From contig CAYMHI010000001.1 in the NCBI GenBank assembly GCA_964390265.1, positions 8,345-72,344 on the forward strand: a stretch of DNA of 64,000 nucleotides, in the 5' to 3' direction. Position numbers and translations under genes: made by a program. Source of the DNA: an uncultured Candidatus Saccharibacteria bacterium (lineage in GTDB: Bacteria > Patescibacteriota > Saccharimonadia > CAILAD01 > BJGX01). Shown here piece after piece: positions 28,607-38,507 of the stretch (positions within the stretch are counted from its first letter, which is position 1; each line of letters begins with the position of its first letter). The notes under the pieces are model-generated. The model did no database searches. It had not been told where the DNA came from and saw nothing but the letters and a program-made list of their open reading frames with translations.

Positions 28607-29516
28607 CTTTATATTTTTTTAAAAAGTCAGTGGGGTGTTTTCGTTCTTTACTAGTTCGGAGGCCCTGGATACCCAAATCTGGTTCAAAGTTCAATTTTGT
28701 AATATTATCCATCGCTAATTTTTTACATGCCTCTATAAATAAAAAGCTATGGATATGTTCGTACTTCATATTACCCTTAGTAAAATGACATGTTGCAAAA
28801 TCATCTCTACCAAGCTCGCAAATAAAAAATCCAATTGGCTTGTCCTTTTCTTTAATAATAAATCCCCACGGAGTAATGAAATTATCTGGTAAATAATGAA
28901 ACATCTTATTAATTGCAATAAACTCGTAGTCAAACTCCCTAGGGTCGGGTTTGGACTGGAGCCAGTCGTCAAAAATTATTTTGATGTCACGGTATGTTTC
29001 ACTATCAAATTTTGTAATTGGATATGTGCTAATCTTTTTACCGTAAGCTTCGTAAAAGTTGTTATACTCCCTACGGAGACCTTCCTTCTTATTGCCCGCC
29101 AAATCTACAAATTCGTCTGTAGAATAGATATAGTCAAAATCATCTCTAATGGGTTCAACATCAAAGACTTTGTCGATGTCAGTTATTGAGCTTTCTGGTA
29201 CATATCGTAAAAAATCATTATTTAAATGTTCTTGGCTATAATCAATTAATTTAGTTATAGTATCTTCTTTCAGGTTATCACCCAAGAAACTCAAAAAATG
29301 ATTTTTATCATCAGTATAATCTGTGAATTTAACTACTAAGTTATTATTTAGTTTCGAAACCTCCAGCTTGTTATCAGTGTTCCAGCAGTATAGGTTACCA
29401 AGTGAGTAGTCGTGATATGGTGGATACTTAGCTGTAAGTTCAATAATATCATCCCTCATCTCTAAAGATAATTTAGAGAAACTAGGGAAGTTTGGAATTG
29501 TATGTATTGCCGTCAT
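28584..29516 (-). CDS. DUF2156-like protein (MprF/LPG-synthase C-terminal domain fold, putative aminoacyl-tRNA-dependent transferase)
   Basis: The pattern SLGNLYCW...FLSFLGD...DYIYSTDEFVDLAGNKKEGLRREYNNF resembles the DUF2156 signature (lGdP, DYiY, L.G.k.k.lR...N.f). Confidence 0.45.
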   Translation of the reverse strand: MTAIHTIPNFPSFSKLSLEMRDDIIELTAKYPPYHDYSLGNLYCWNTDNKLEVSKLNNNLVVKFTDYTDDKNHFLSFLGDNLKEDTITKLIDYSQEHLNNDFLRYVPESSITDIDKVFDVEPIRDDFDYIYSTDEFVDLAGNKKEGLRREYNNFYEAYGKKISTYPITKFDSETYRDIKIIFDDWLQSKPDPREFDYEFIAINKMFHYLPDNFITPWGFIIKEKDKPIGFFICELGRDDFATCHFTKGNMKYEHIHSFLFIEACKKLAMDNITKLNFEPDLGIQGLRTSKERKHPTDFLKKYKVIYKKAK

Positions 29517-29581
29517 AATAAGTAATATAGTTATATAATAGCTTAAGAGTAACTTAGATTATATAATTAAAGCAAATCCTT

Positions 29582-31789
29582 ATGAACAACCTATACATAA
29601 TTCAATCGCTAGCATATCTACCAATTATTATCGGCATTAGTATTATTGGTATAATTGCCCTAATACGCCAAAAAGGCAAGGGCGTGGGTTATTTTGGCGT
29701 AATGTCAATCATGATCGCAATTTGGCTTACTTGGCAGTCGCTGGCTCAACTTAATATTGGTGCATATACAGACTTGATAATGTTACGTTTAGCTAGTGCT
29801 ACATCGGTATTTCTTGGTATGTTTTTTGTGCTTTTTATGCGCGATTACACAAATAAAACGAAGCGAAAAATTATTTTAATAGTTTACGGCGTATCCGCAT
29901 CAATCCTTTTCGTGCTAAATCTAACTAGTCTGGGAATTACCAATGTTACGGTTAATGAATCCGGCTTAACCATAAATGACGTAGGTATATTTTACTACGT
30001 CAGCCTAATGGTGGTTGTGGCGTTTTTTATTTACGGCTTTGTAATACTAATAATCGACACAAAAAAACGTGTTAAATCGGATCGAACAGCAAATTATTAT
30101 ATATTTATAGGTTTTGCTCAAGCAGTAATAATTACTGTTTTAACAACTACACTTTTGGCGCCATACCCTGCCTCCCAGATACTTATTCCAATTTCACTAT
30201 TTATCTTAACTCTGTTAACGGCCTTAGCAATTATAAGGCATAGACTTTTTGACATTCGCCTGGTTGCAGTCCGTGCGCTTACCTACCTTCTTTCTATAGG
30301 GCTGTTAGCTACAGTATATGCATTTATAGCATTTAACTTAGCAAATATATTTATAGAAAATTGGAGTGTAAGCCTTAAAGAATCTTTTTACGCCTTACTA
30401 GCAGTTATTTTAGCTCTTACATTTGCCCCAATTAAAAAATTCTTTGAGCGCGTTACAAATAGAATATTTTTTAGAGACCAGTACGACTCGCAAGCTCTAA
30501 TAAACAAAATTGGTCGTATACTAGCAAGCGAGATAGATCTCGACAAGGTTTCGCACCAAGTAATAAACGAGCTCTGCACTCAAATCAAAATAGAGAAAGC
30601 CGAGATAGTGGTGTTTGGCGAGAAACAACTATTTTATGAAAACAATGTTTTTAAATCTACCAAAGACAATATTGGTCAAAAAGAGTTGCGTAAGTTGGGC
30701 CGTACTATGTTAGTGCGCGACGATCAGCAATCGACTGAGCGTAAAGACTTAATGCAGAAATACGGAATAAGTGTTAGCTTAGCATTGCGTACCAGCGAGA
30801 GGTTTATTGGTTATCTACTTCTAAGCGACAAAAAAAGCGGTGACATATACAGCTCAGAAGACATTAATGTACTAAAAATAATTGGTAGCGAATTAAGTGT
30901 AGCTATTCAAAACGCCCTTAGCTATAAAGAAATACAACTATTTAACGAAACTTTGACAGAAAAAGTACGCCAACGCACCGCTCAGCTTAAGAGCGCAAAC
31001 GATCAGCTGCATTTACTCGACCAAGCCAAAGATGAATTTATATCTATGGCCTCTCATCAGTTGCGTACACCACTTACAACTGTAAAGGGCTATGCTAGTA
31101 TGTTAGACGAGGGCGACTTTGGTAAGCTCACTCGTGAACAGCGCGAAAAGGTTGAACTAACCCTTGATGGCGCCAATAGAATGGCTCGCCTCATAGACGA
31201 TCTTCTAAACGTAAGTAGAATGGATGCTAATAGGTTCTTTTTGGAAGTGACTGAGGTAGATATCGTTAAGGTAGTGGCAGAGGAGATACAGCAACTTCAG
31301 TCTATGGCCGAGAGTAAAAAAGTGGCTATTGAATATACGCCACCAAGTGAAAAAATACCAACCATACGTTTAGACGAAAACAAAACTCGCCAAGTAATAA
31401 TGAATTTGGTAGATAATGCAATTCACTACAGTCAGCCACCGCTTGGTGGTGGCGAAGCCAACGTTAGCCTAAAAGCTAATGATAAAAACATTGAATTTGT
31501 AGTGCGCGATAACGGAATAGGCGTACCAGCCGATGTGCAAAAAAAACTATTTACCAAGATGTTTAGAGCCAATAATGCCAAGGCTGCTCGACCCGATGGA
31601 ACGGGCCTAGGTCTATATTTGGTAAAAAGAGTTATTGAGGATGAAGGTGGCGAGATAATTTTTGAGAGTGTTGAGGGCAAGGGTAGTACCTTTGGTTTTA
31701 AGTTGCCGCTAGCCGGAGTGCCAAAAGAAGTAGAAGAGAAAAGTCGTAAAATTGCTACCAAGGTAGCCGCTACTCAGAAATCAGAATAA
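29582..31789 (+). CDS. Sensor histidine kinase with a multi-TM N-terminal sensor domain. No adjacent response regulator.
   Basis: Eight or more TM helices, then the HisKA H-box ASHQLRTPLTTVKGY and HATPase N/G boxes (DNAIHYS, DNGIGV, GTGLGL). Confidence 0.85.
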   Translation: MNNLYIIQSLAYLPIIIGISIIGIIALIRQKGKGVGYFGVMSIMIAIWLTWQSLAQLNIGAYTDLIMLRLASATSVFLGMFFVLFMRDYTNKTKRKIILIVYGVSASILFVLNLTSLGITNVTVNESGLTINDVGIFYYVSLMVVVAFFIYGFVILIIDTKKRVKSDRTANYYIFIGFAQAVIITVLTTTLLAPYPASQILIPISLFILTLLTALAIIRHRLFDIRLVAVRALTYLLSIGLLATVYAFIAFNLANIFIENWSVSLKESFYALLAVILALTFAPIKKFFERVTNRIFFRDQYDSQALINKIGRILASEIDLDKVSHQVINELCTQIKIEKAEIVVFGEKQLFYENNVFKSTKDNIGQKELRKLGRTMLVRDDQQSTERKDLMQKYGISVSLALRTSERFIGYLLLSDKKSGDIYSSEDINVLKIIGSELSVAIQNALSYKEIQLFNETLTEKVRQRTAQLKSANDQLHLLDQAKDEFISMASHQLRTPLTTVKGYASMLDEGDFGKLTREQREKVELTLDGANRMARLIDDLLNVSRMDANRFFLEVTEVDIVKVVAEEIQQLQSMAESKKVAIEYTPPSEKIPTIRLDENKTRQVIMNLVDNAIHYSQPPLGGGEANVSLKANDKNIEFVVRDNGIGVPADVQKKLFTKMFRANNAKAARPDGTGLGLYLVKRVIEDEGGEIIFESVEGKGSTFGFKLPLAGVPKEVEEKSRKIATKVAATQKSE

Positions 31790-31814
31790 ACAGTATAGTG
31801 TATAATACTATACT

Positions 31815-32219
31815 ATGAAGTGCTCATATTATTTTAACCCAATTAATGCGTCTGACATATTTGAATATTTTCAAATAGATTTTAAGTTTGAAGACTTGCT
31901 TTTGATTGGATATGAGCATGTTACTCCAGATAGTGCACTTGCTTTGTATAAAAACCAACATCGGTTCTATGTCTTGTATCTAGAAGATTACGTGACTAGC
32001 TTAGAAGCTGTAAAAAAAATTATCGATACAATTTATCATGTTGATGTTAAACGTTTTTTATCAGTAAAAACTCCTGATGAAAAATCTGTTAAAACTGAGG
32101 ATTTTCATATGTATAATAAATTTAACGAAGGGAACTATGCTTTTCTAGTAGAGGTAGCACCTCGAAAAGATACCTTAAACGAGTTTTTATTAACAGAAAC
32201 TAGCTCATCAAATAACTAG
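31815..32219 (+). CDS. Hypothetical protein
   Basis: AT-rich 134-aa ORF. Confidence 0.4.
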   Translation: MKCSYYFNPINASDIFEYFQIDFKFEDLLLIGYEHVTPDSALALYKNQHRFYVLYLEDYVTSLEAVKKIIDTIYHVDVKRFLSVKTPDEKSVKTEDFHMYNKFNEGNYAFLVEVAPRKDTLNEFLLTETSSSNN

Positions 32220-32305
32220 AATTATATTGAATTTGTAGTCTAAGTATGTAATAATGGCACCTTATTTGGGGAATACCTAAACGTACATACAACAAAGGAA
32301 GGCAA

Positions 32306-33004
32306 ATGAGCACTTTTGCTGATTTGAAGCCACTGGCCGAGGAGCGAGAAAGACTCTGGGGAGTAAAATCTGAAGCAAAAGAAGGACACGATAGATCTTG
32401 GGAAAATCTTACCTCTCTTCAAAAAAGCTATGGACCAAGAATTGATAGTTTAAACCTTGAGCACGACAGGGTATACGAGGATATGCGTCAAGCTTTCGAA
32501 CGAGCCTCAAGTGCTTACTCAAGTGGCGATCATACCGGTGCTTCTAGCTACTCAAGCGAAGGTAGGTCGTTAAAGGCAAAGTTACCAGGCTTGGTTGCCG
32601 AACGAAGAGCATTAATTGCCGAATTAAGATCAGCTCAAAGCAAACATAAAGAGTGGCGAGCGTATCTAAAGGCATGCAATGAGGCTTTTTATGCTGCCAA
32701 GCAGAGATACGACAACGCCTGGAAACAATTTAAGAGTGAACAGCAGGCATATGTTAGAAATGCCGGTGTAGATACCCATGGTGAAGATTTATACATCAAA
32801 TCTAGAGAAGATGGCAATACCGACATCTTTTTTGGTGGATATGACGGCCCTGAAGGTGAAGGCCACGGCCATATAATAATTGGACCATACGGCAACCTAA
32901 TTTATATTCGTGAGGCAGAAAAATATATGCCCAATACTACACCAGGTAAAGCTGGTTACCACGAACGTGTAATATTCGACGAATTAAGGGGTATAAGAAA
33001 TTAG
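32306..33004 (+). CDS. Hypothetical protein with a coiled-coil N-region and a Gly/His-rich C-domain
   Basis: AAAGGAAGG RBS. C-terminal FFGGYDGPEGEGHGHIIIGPYG. Followed by a hairpin terminator at 33010-33045. Confidence 0.5.
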   Translation: MSTFADLKPLAEERERLWGVKSEAKEGHDRSWENLTSLQKSYGPRIDSLNLEHDRVYEDMRQAFERASSAYSSGDHTGASSYSSEGRSLKAKLPGLVAERRALIAELRSAQSKHKEWRAYLKACNEAFYAAKQRYDNAWKQFKSEQQAYVRNAGVDTHGEDLYIKSREDGNTDIFFGGYDGPEGEGHGHIIIGPYGNLIYIREAEKYMPNTTPGKAGYHERVIFDELRGIRN

Positions 33005-33076
33005 ATTGATGCTACTTAGAGATAAGTAGCATTTTTATTTTAAGCATTTAAAAATGTAGCTACACTAATAAAATAT

Positions 33077-34276
33077 TTAAATACTAAGACGCACCGACTT
33101 GGTCATTAGCACTTCAAGTCCTGGCAGTTTTTTACCAGCAAGCAACTCTAGACTTGCTCCGCCGCCGGTAGATACAAAACTAAAATGTTCAGCTAACCCC
33201 TCTGTGTCTACAAACGCGGCCGTATCGCCACCGCCCACTATAGTTTGAGCATCGGAGCTTATCATGGCATGGGCCAGACTTTCGCTAGCTATAGCAAAGG
33301 CCGGCAGCTCTGCTATACCCATAGTTCCATTCCAAAAGACTGTTTTGCTTTGCGAAACATTTTTATTAAACACCTTCATAGTATCGGGGCCTATATCGAG
33401 CGCCATGTCACCGGGCTCTAATTTGTCAATATCAACCACTCGTCCTTTTTGGCGCGCATCAACCTTTTTGGCAACGACTAAATCGGTGGGTAATACTAGT
33501 TTTACGCCGTGTCTTTTTGCAGAGTTGATAATAGTGAGGGCATCTTTAATGTTGCTTTTTTCTACTTTACTACTACGTAGACTGTACCCCTGAGCTACTA
33601 AAAAATTATTGGCCATGGCACCACCAATTAGTAAGGTGTCTACGTGTTTGAGCAGTTCTCTTAGTACGTCTATCTTGTCGCTTACTTTAGCACCACCAAT
33701 TATTGCGGTATATGGGTGTGCGGGCTTGTTCATTAACATACTAAACATCTCATACTCTTTTTGCACCAATTTACCTGCGGCGTGGGGAATAAGTTTTGGT
33801 ACTCCAACCGTACTAGCATGCGCCCTGTGCACAGTGGCAAAGGCATCATCAATATAAAATTCAGCTAAGGCTGCTAATTGTTTTGCGAAATCTTTATTAT
33901 TAGATTCTTCGCCTGGATGAAAACGCAAGTTTTCGAGCAACATAATATCGCCTGGTCGCAAATAACCAGCAGTTTTATCAACCTCTTCACCTACGCAATC
34001 ATCTAAAAAAATAACATCACGATTAAGTAGACGAGGCAAGAGCTTGGCTACTGGCCGTAAGCTCATACTTTCCACACGCTTGCCGTTTGGCCTTCCGTTG
34101 TGGCTCGCCAAAATAATTGAGCAGTTTCTTTCTAGCAAATATTTGATTGTAGGCAGGCTAGAGATTACCCTAAACTCATCAATTATTTTTCCGTCGGTTA
34201 CTACATTGTAATCTACCCGTAAAAATACTTTTTTATTTTCTATATCAACATTATCAAGCGTAAGCAATTTGTTCAT
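33077..34276 (-). CDS. pgk: Phosphoglycerate kinase
   Basis: ILASHNGRP, GGGAS and other PGK motifs. Confidence 0.9.
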   Translation of the reverse strand: MNKLLTLDNVDIENKKVFLRVDYNVVTDGKIIDEFRVISSLPTIKYLLERNCSIILASHNGRPNGKRVESMSLRPVAKLLPRLLNRDVIFLDDCVGEEVDKTAGYLRPGDIMLLENLRFHPGEESNNKDFAKQLAALAEFYIDDAFATVHRAHASTVGVPKLIPHAAGKLVQKEYEMFSMLMNKPAHPYTAIIGGAKVSDKIDVLRELLKHVDTLLIGGAMANNFLVAQGYSLRSSKVEKSNIKDALTIINSAKRHGVKLVLPTDLVVAKKVDARQKGRVVDIDKLEPGDMALDIGPDTMKVFNKNVSQSKTVFWNGTMGIAELPAFAIASESLAHAMISSDAQTIVGGGDTAAFVDTEGLAEHFSFVSTGGGASLELLAGKKLPGLEVLMTKSVRLSI

Positions 34277-34309
34277 ATCAATAGTTTAGCATATCGCTCA
34301 GATTATTAA

Positions 34310-34840
34310 TTATTCTCTTTGTTGCTCAGGTTCTAATAAATAGGATAATTGAGTTAATGCTCTACCCAGCTGTAGTGTAGACCGACCCTTAATTATGTCA
34401 TCAGACAGTTTAGCAATATTTTCTATGGATTCTGTTATATTAAACCAATTAATGAGATTGAATATGTGCGTAGGTACTTTTACTTTTGGTGAGCCATCAA
34501 CTATAGTCTTCTCAACCCTAGCTAGCTCTCCGCCATCTATACACCAGGTGGGAACTGACGTCCCCTCGTGAGTTGTAAATGAAGTTAATATTCCCTTGTC
34601 GCTGCCTTCCTGCGAGAGCCTTAGATATTCTTGCCATTGAGTATGACTACTGTCCACAAACGGCTGTAGTACTTTTCTTGCTTGTGTTGTGGCCAGTAAA
34701 AGCTGCTCTCTTAACTCTTGAGTCAATATTACATCTCGTCCAAAATATTTGCCTGGTTCTGAGGCTAATTGGGTGAGTTCTCTAAGCTGTTGTCTATCCA
34801 GCTCTTTCTCGTTGGTTGGTGTAGGCTCGTTAGGTGGCAC
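34310..34840 (-). CDS. Hypothetical protein
   Basis: 176-aa ORF downstream of pgk. Confidence 0.4.
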   Translation of the reverse strand: MPPNEPTPTNEKELDRQQLRELTQLASEPGKYFGRDVILTQELREQLLLATTQARKVLQPFVDSSHTQWQEYLRLSQEGSDKGILTSFTTHEGTSVPTWCIDGGELARVEKTIVDGSPKVKVPTHIFNLINWFNITESIENIAKLSDDIIKGRSTLQLGRALTQLSYLLEPEQQRE

Positions 34841-34945
34841 AATAATATCTTATATCTAAACTATATCATAATGCCCTATGCTCAAAATAGTTTAGCTTCA
34901 AGGCTTAATATTTAGTCTAACAAAAACATTCATTATAAATGCAGT

Positions 34946-35020
34946 TGGTGACCCCAAGGGGATTCGAACCCCTGTTGCCAGGATGAAAACCTGGTGTCCT
35001 AACCCCTAGACGATGGGGCC
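34946..35020 (-). tRNA. tRNA-Glu (TTC)
   Basis: Minus strand sequence GGCCCCATCGTCTAGGGGTTAGGACACCAGGTTTTCATCCTGG...GGGGTCACCA. Confidence 0.85.
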
Positions 35021-35146
35021 ATCAACTAAACTCATAACGTGATTAACAGATAGAATCATACCATATTACCAATTCTAACTCAAGGCTTTATTGAAAGGCA
35101 TCTTTACTTATAGTATAGTAAGCGTAAGAATTAAAAAAGGATAGTT

Positions 35147-35422
35147 ATGACAGCTGAGGGCCCGCCAGAAATACCTAAAAAAGCGCAAATAGCTCAACTA
35201 AGAGAGTTTGGTTACGAACCAAATAATCCCGTAGACGAAACAACTCGCGCACGGCTTAACTTAGACTTGTCGGATACTCCGCCACCTATTGTGCCCGATG
35301 GAAGTGTTGCTATTGAGCCGCTCAGCAACTCCGTTAAACCTATGGCTGTAGATAATACGGCTAAAGAACCGCCCTATGACTGGCAAGAAAACGATCCGGA
35401 TCTCGCTAATGACAAACCCTAA
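35147..35422 (+). CDS. Small acidic hypothetical protein
   Basis: 91-aa ORF with an AAAGGA RBS. Confidence 0.4.
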   Translation: MTAEGPPEIPKKAQIAQLREFGYEPNNPVDETTRARLNLDLSDTPPPIVPDGSVAIEPLSNSVKPMAVDNTAKEPPYDWQENDPDLANDKP

Positions 35423-35531
35423 GACTCAGGTGTTACCAAAAATATTTCTGATTCCGCATAAAAGCCACAATTAATAATAGTTATCGAGTAAACCCCTAGA
35501 AACTTGCTTGTGCTTGAAGTATAGTTAAGTA

Positions 35532-37064
35532 ATGAGCATAGATGCATCGAAATTCAAAAAAACTAAAATAATTGCCACCATTGGCCCTGCCAGCGAAGAC
35601 AAGGTGGAGCAGCTTTTACAAGCGGGTGTAAACGGAGTAAGACTAAATTTTAGCCACAATACCCACGCTTGGCATAAATCGGTACTTGTTAATGCACGAA
35701 AAGCGGCCAAAAAGCTTGACCGTTCAGTAGCCGTTATCCAAGATCTACAGGGCCCCAAAATCCGCCTTGGCATATTACCACAGGGCGGTGTTGAGCTTAA
35801 GGCTGGCCAAAAACTCACCTTTTGCTTTAACAACAAATGTGAAGACGGTCATTTGCCAATTCAGTTTGATTTTTCGCATATCATCAAAAAAGGCCAAAGA
35901 ATATTTTTACGTGACGGTACGGTGGAGACCCAGATACTCGATATTAGAGACAAACTGGTAGAAGTAGAGGTAAAAAACTCTGGTAAGGTATCTAGCAACC
36001 ACGGTGTAAACTTGCCCGATACCGTTTTTGATTCAAAAACTATCCTCACCCCCAAAGACAAAAAAGATCTAGAGTTTGCCTACACCAACGATGTAGACTA
36101 CGTGGCACTTAGTTTTGTTCAAACCGCTCAAGATATACTATATTTAAAAGAACTGCTTAAAAAAAATGGCAGCCCAGCCCGGATCATTGCCAAAATAGAG
36201 ACCAAAGTTGCTACTCAAAATTTAGACGAAATAATTGCTGCGGCCGATGTAGTTATGATTGCTCGCGGCGACTTGGCTATAGAAACTAGCAATGAAGATG
36301 TGCCACTCATTGGTCGCGAAATTATCCAGCGCTCTAGGGCCTATAAAAAACCAGTAATTATGGCTACACAAATGTTAGAGAGTATGATTGCTAGTCCTCA
36401 GCCCACTCGGGCCGAAGTAAATGATATTGCCAGTGCCGTAAGTTTGGGAGTGAGCTGTGTAATGCTCAGCGGTGAAACTGCCGCAGGCCAGTACCCTTTG
36501 CAGACAGTTCAACTCATGAAGCGCGTAATTCTAAAAAGTGAAGGTTATTACTCTAGAAACAGATTAGAAATAGATGTTGTTCCAGATGTAGGCGGTGAGT
36601 CGGTGCAGATGCCGGTTGAGTACGAACAGCGCGTAGGAAAAGTTAATAGATTTATTACTGCATCACGTAAGCTACTTAAAAGTGTAAATAATGCCGGCAA
36701 ACTTGCTACAAATGACGCCCAAACCAGCGTAAGCCTTGCGGCAATAACCCTGGCCGAACAAGTTGGCGCCAAGATTATCTTGGCCGAAACACTTACAGGC
36801 TCAACAGCTTTATCAATTGCAGCCTTACGTCCGCCCATGCCGATGATTATTGCCTCACCATCAGAAAAGGTATGCAATCAAATGGCGTTGGTTTGGGGAG
36901 GTAAACCCTATTTGGTACCCAAAAAGCATCATATTAGTGGGGGTGTGATTAAAAAGCTTGTAAACAAAAAAAACTTGCAAACGGGTGACTGGGTAGTGTT
37001 GGCTTTTGGTACTCACGCCAGTGTAGTTGGCGGAACCGACACAGTTAGATTGATAGAAATTTAA
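35532..37064 (+). CDS. pyk: Pyruvate kinase
   Basis: KIIATIGPAS, the MIARGDLA motif and a C-terminal regulatory domain. Confidence 0.9.
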   Translation: MSIDASKFKKTKIIATIGPASEDKVEQLLQAGVNGVRLNFSHNTHAWHKSVLVNARKAAKKLDRSVAVIQDLQGPKIRLGILPQGGVELKAGQKLTFCFNNKCEDGHLPIQFDFSHIIKKGQRIFLRDGTVETQILDIRDKLVEVEVKNSGKVSSNHGVNLPDTVFDSKTILTPKDKKDLEFAYTNDVDYVALSFVQTAQDILYLKELLKKNGSPARIIAKIETKVATQNLDEIIAAADVVMIARGDLAIETSNEDVPLIGREIIQRSRAYKKPVIMATQMLESMIASPQPTRAEVNDIASAVSLGVSCVMLSGETAAGQYPLQTVQLMKRVILKSEGYYSRNRLEIDVVPDVGGESVQMPVEYEQRVGKVNRFITASRKLLKSVNNAGKLATNDAQTSVSLAAITLAEQVGAKIILAETLTGSTALSIAALRPPMPMIIASPSEKVCNQMALVWGGKPYLVPKKHHISGGVIKKLVNKKNLQTGDWVVLAFGTHASVVGGTDTVRLIEI

Positions 37065-37106
37065 ATAGACTCACTGCAGACAAGCAAGATTAAGTCGAGT
37101 ATAATA

Positions 37107-37889
37107 ATGCTTATGAATATTCCTAAAAAGTTAATTGTTGGCAACTGGAAAATGAACACTACTATCGCTGAAGGTTCGGTGCTTTTTAACAATTTGCGAA
37201 AGGATATTGGTGACTTGGCAGATTGTGATATTGTATTGTGCCCACCGGCAACTCACTTATTTTCATTACATAGAGAGTTGATATCAAATAAAACCAAAAC
37301 TAGTTTTAAACTAGGCGTACAAAATATTAGTGAGCACGAAATGGGCCCTTATACAGGCGAGATATCGGCGAGTATGGTTAAGGAGTTGGTAGATTACGTA
37401 ATAGTAGGTCATTCTGAACGCCGAAAATATTTCAACGAGACTGATAAAACCGACAGTCAAAAACTAGGTATTGCTATGCGGCATGGCTTGCGGCCAATTT
37501 TATGCGTGGGCGAAACTAAGCAAGAACGAGGTGATGGCCAAGCCAAGCAGGCTGTACTCGATCAACTCAATACTGCATTACGCGGTGTAACAGAAAAAGA
37601 ACTCAAGGATTTGGCTATAGCTTATGAGCCGGTTTGGGCAATCGGCACCGGCAATTTTGCCAAACCAGCGGTAGTAGAAGAGATGATAATGTTAGTACGT
37701 AACACGTTGGCTCAGACCTACGGACGTATAGCTAGTACCCATGTGCGGGTGCTTTATGGAGGCAGTGTCTCAGCTCAAAACACCAAAGCTTATTTGAACT
37801 TGCAGGGTGTAGATGGCTTATTTGTAGGCGGAGCCAGCCTAAACCACAATCAATTTAGCGCAATTGTAAAAGCTGCAACATCGGTCTAA
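37107..37889 (+). CDS. tpiA: Triosephosphate isomerase
   Basis: VGNWKMN, VGHSERR, AYEPVWAIGTG and YGGS motifs. Confidence 0.9.
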   Translation: MLMNIPKKLIVGNWKMNTTIAEGSVLFNNLRKDIGDLADCDIVLCPPATHLFSLHRELISNKTKTSFKLGVQNISEHEMGPYTGEISASMVKELVDYVIVGHSERRKYFNETDKTDSQKLGIAMRHGLRPILCVGETKQERGDGQAKQAVLDQLNTALRGVTEKELKDLAIAYEPVWAIGTGNFAKPAVVEEMIMLVRNTLAQTYGRIASTHVRVLYGGSVSAQNTKAYLNLQGVDGLFVGGASLNHNQFSAIVKAATSV

Positions 37890-37953
37890 TACTCTAGCAA
37901 TTTAAACCTACACGAGCTATAATAATCTCTATTAATTTAACAAGAAAGAAAAT

Positions 37954-38481
37954 ATGTCTCTACTAGATATTCCTTATGGCGAAAATGCGCCAAAAATTGT
38001 CAATACTGTAATAGAAAACCCCAAAGGTAGTCGGCTCAAGATAGAGTTTGAGCGCGAGCTGGGTAATTTTGTACTCGACAGAGTGCACCAAACTCACTTA
38101 GGTAGCCCGAGCGACTATGGTTTTATACCTTCTACTTTAGACGAAGATGGCGATGCGCTCGATATGCTACTTATTAGTGATGACCCTATGCCGATGGGAT
38201 TAATTGTGCCGACTCGCGTAATTGGCGTAATGTACATGGTAGATAGTGGCGAAGTTGATAACAAACTTATTGGTGTACCTAGCGATGATAAGCACTATGA
38301 TGATATAAAATCTTTAGACGACATTGCTGAACACTGGAAACACGCCGTACGCCATTATTTTGAACACTACAAAGACTTAAAGGGTGATGTAGTAGAGATT
38401 AAGGGTTTTGCTGGCTACGATGAAGCTAAGGTTATTTTTGAAGAGTGCGTAGAACGCTACAACCAAGAGTTTAAAAAATAA
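37954..38481 (+). CDS. ppa: Inorganic pyrophosphatase (family I)
   Basis: DGDALD, typical length and Asp-rich motifs. Confidence 0.85.
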   Translation: MSLLDIPYGENAPKIVNTVIENPKGSRLKIEFERELGNFVLDRVHQTHLGSPSDYGFIPSTLDEDGDALDMLLISDDPMPMGLIVPTRVIGVMYMVDSGEVDNKLIGVPSDDKHYDDIKSLDDIAEHWKHAVRHYFEHYKDLKGDVVEIKGFAGYDEAKVIFEECVERYNQEFKK

Positions 38482-38507
38482 CCCTTCATTGTAGAAGAGT
38501 TAAATAA

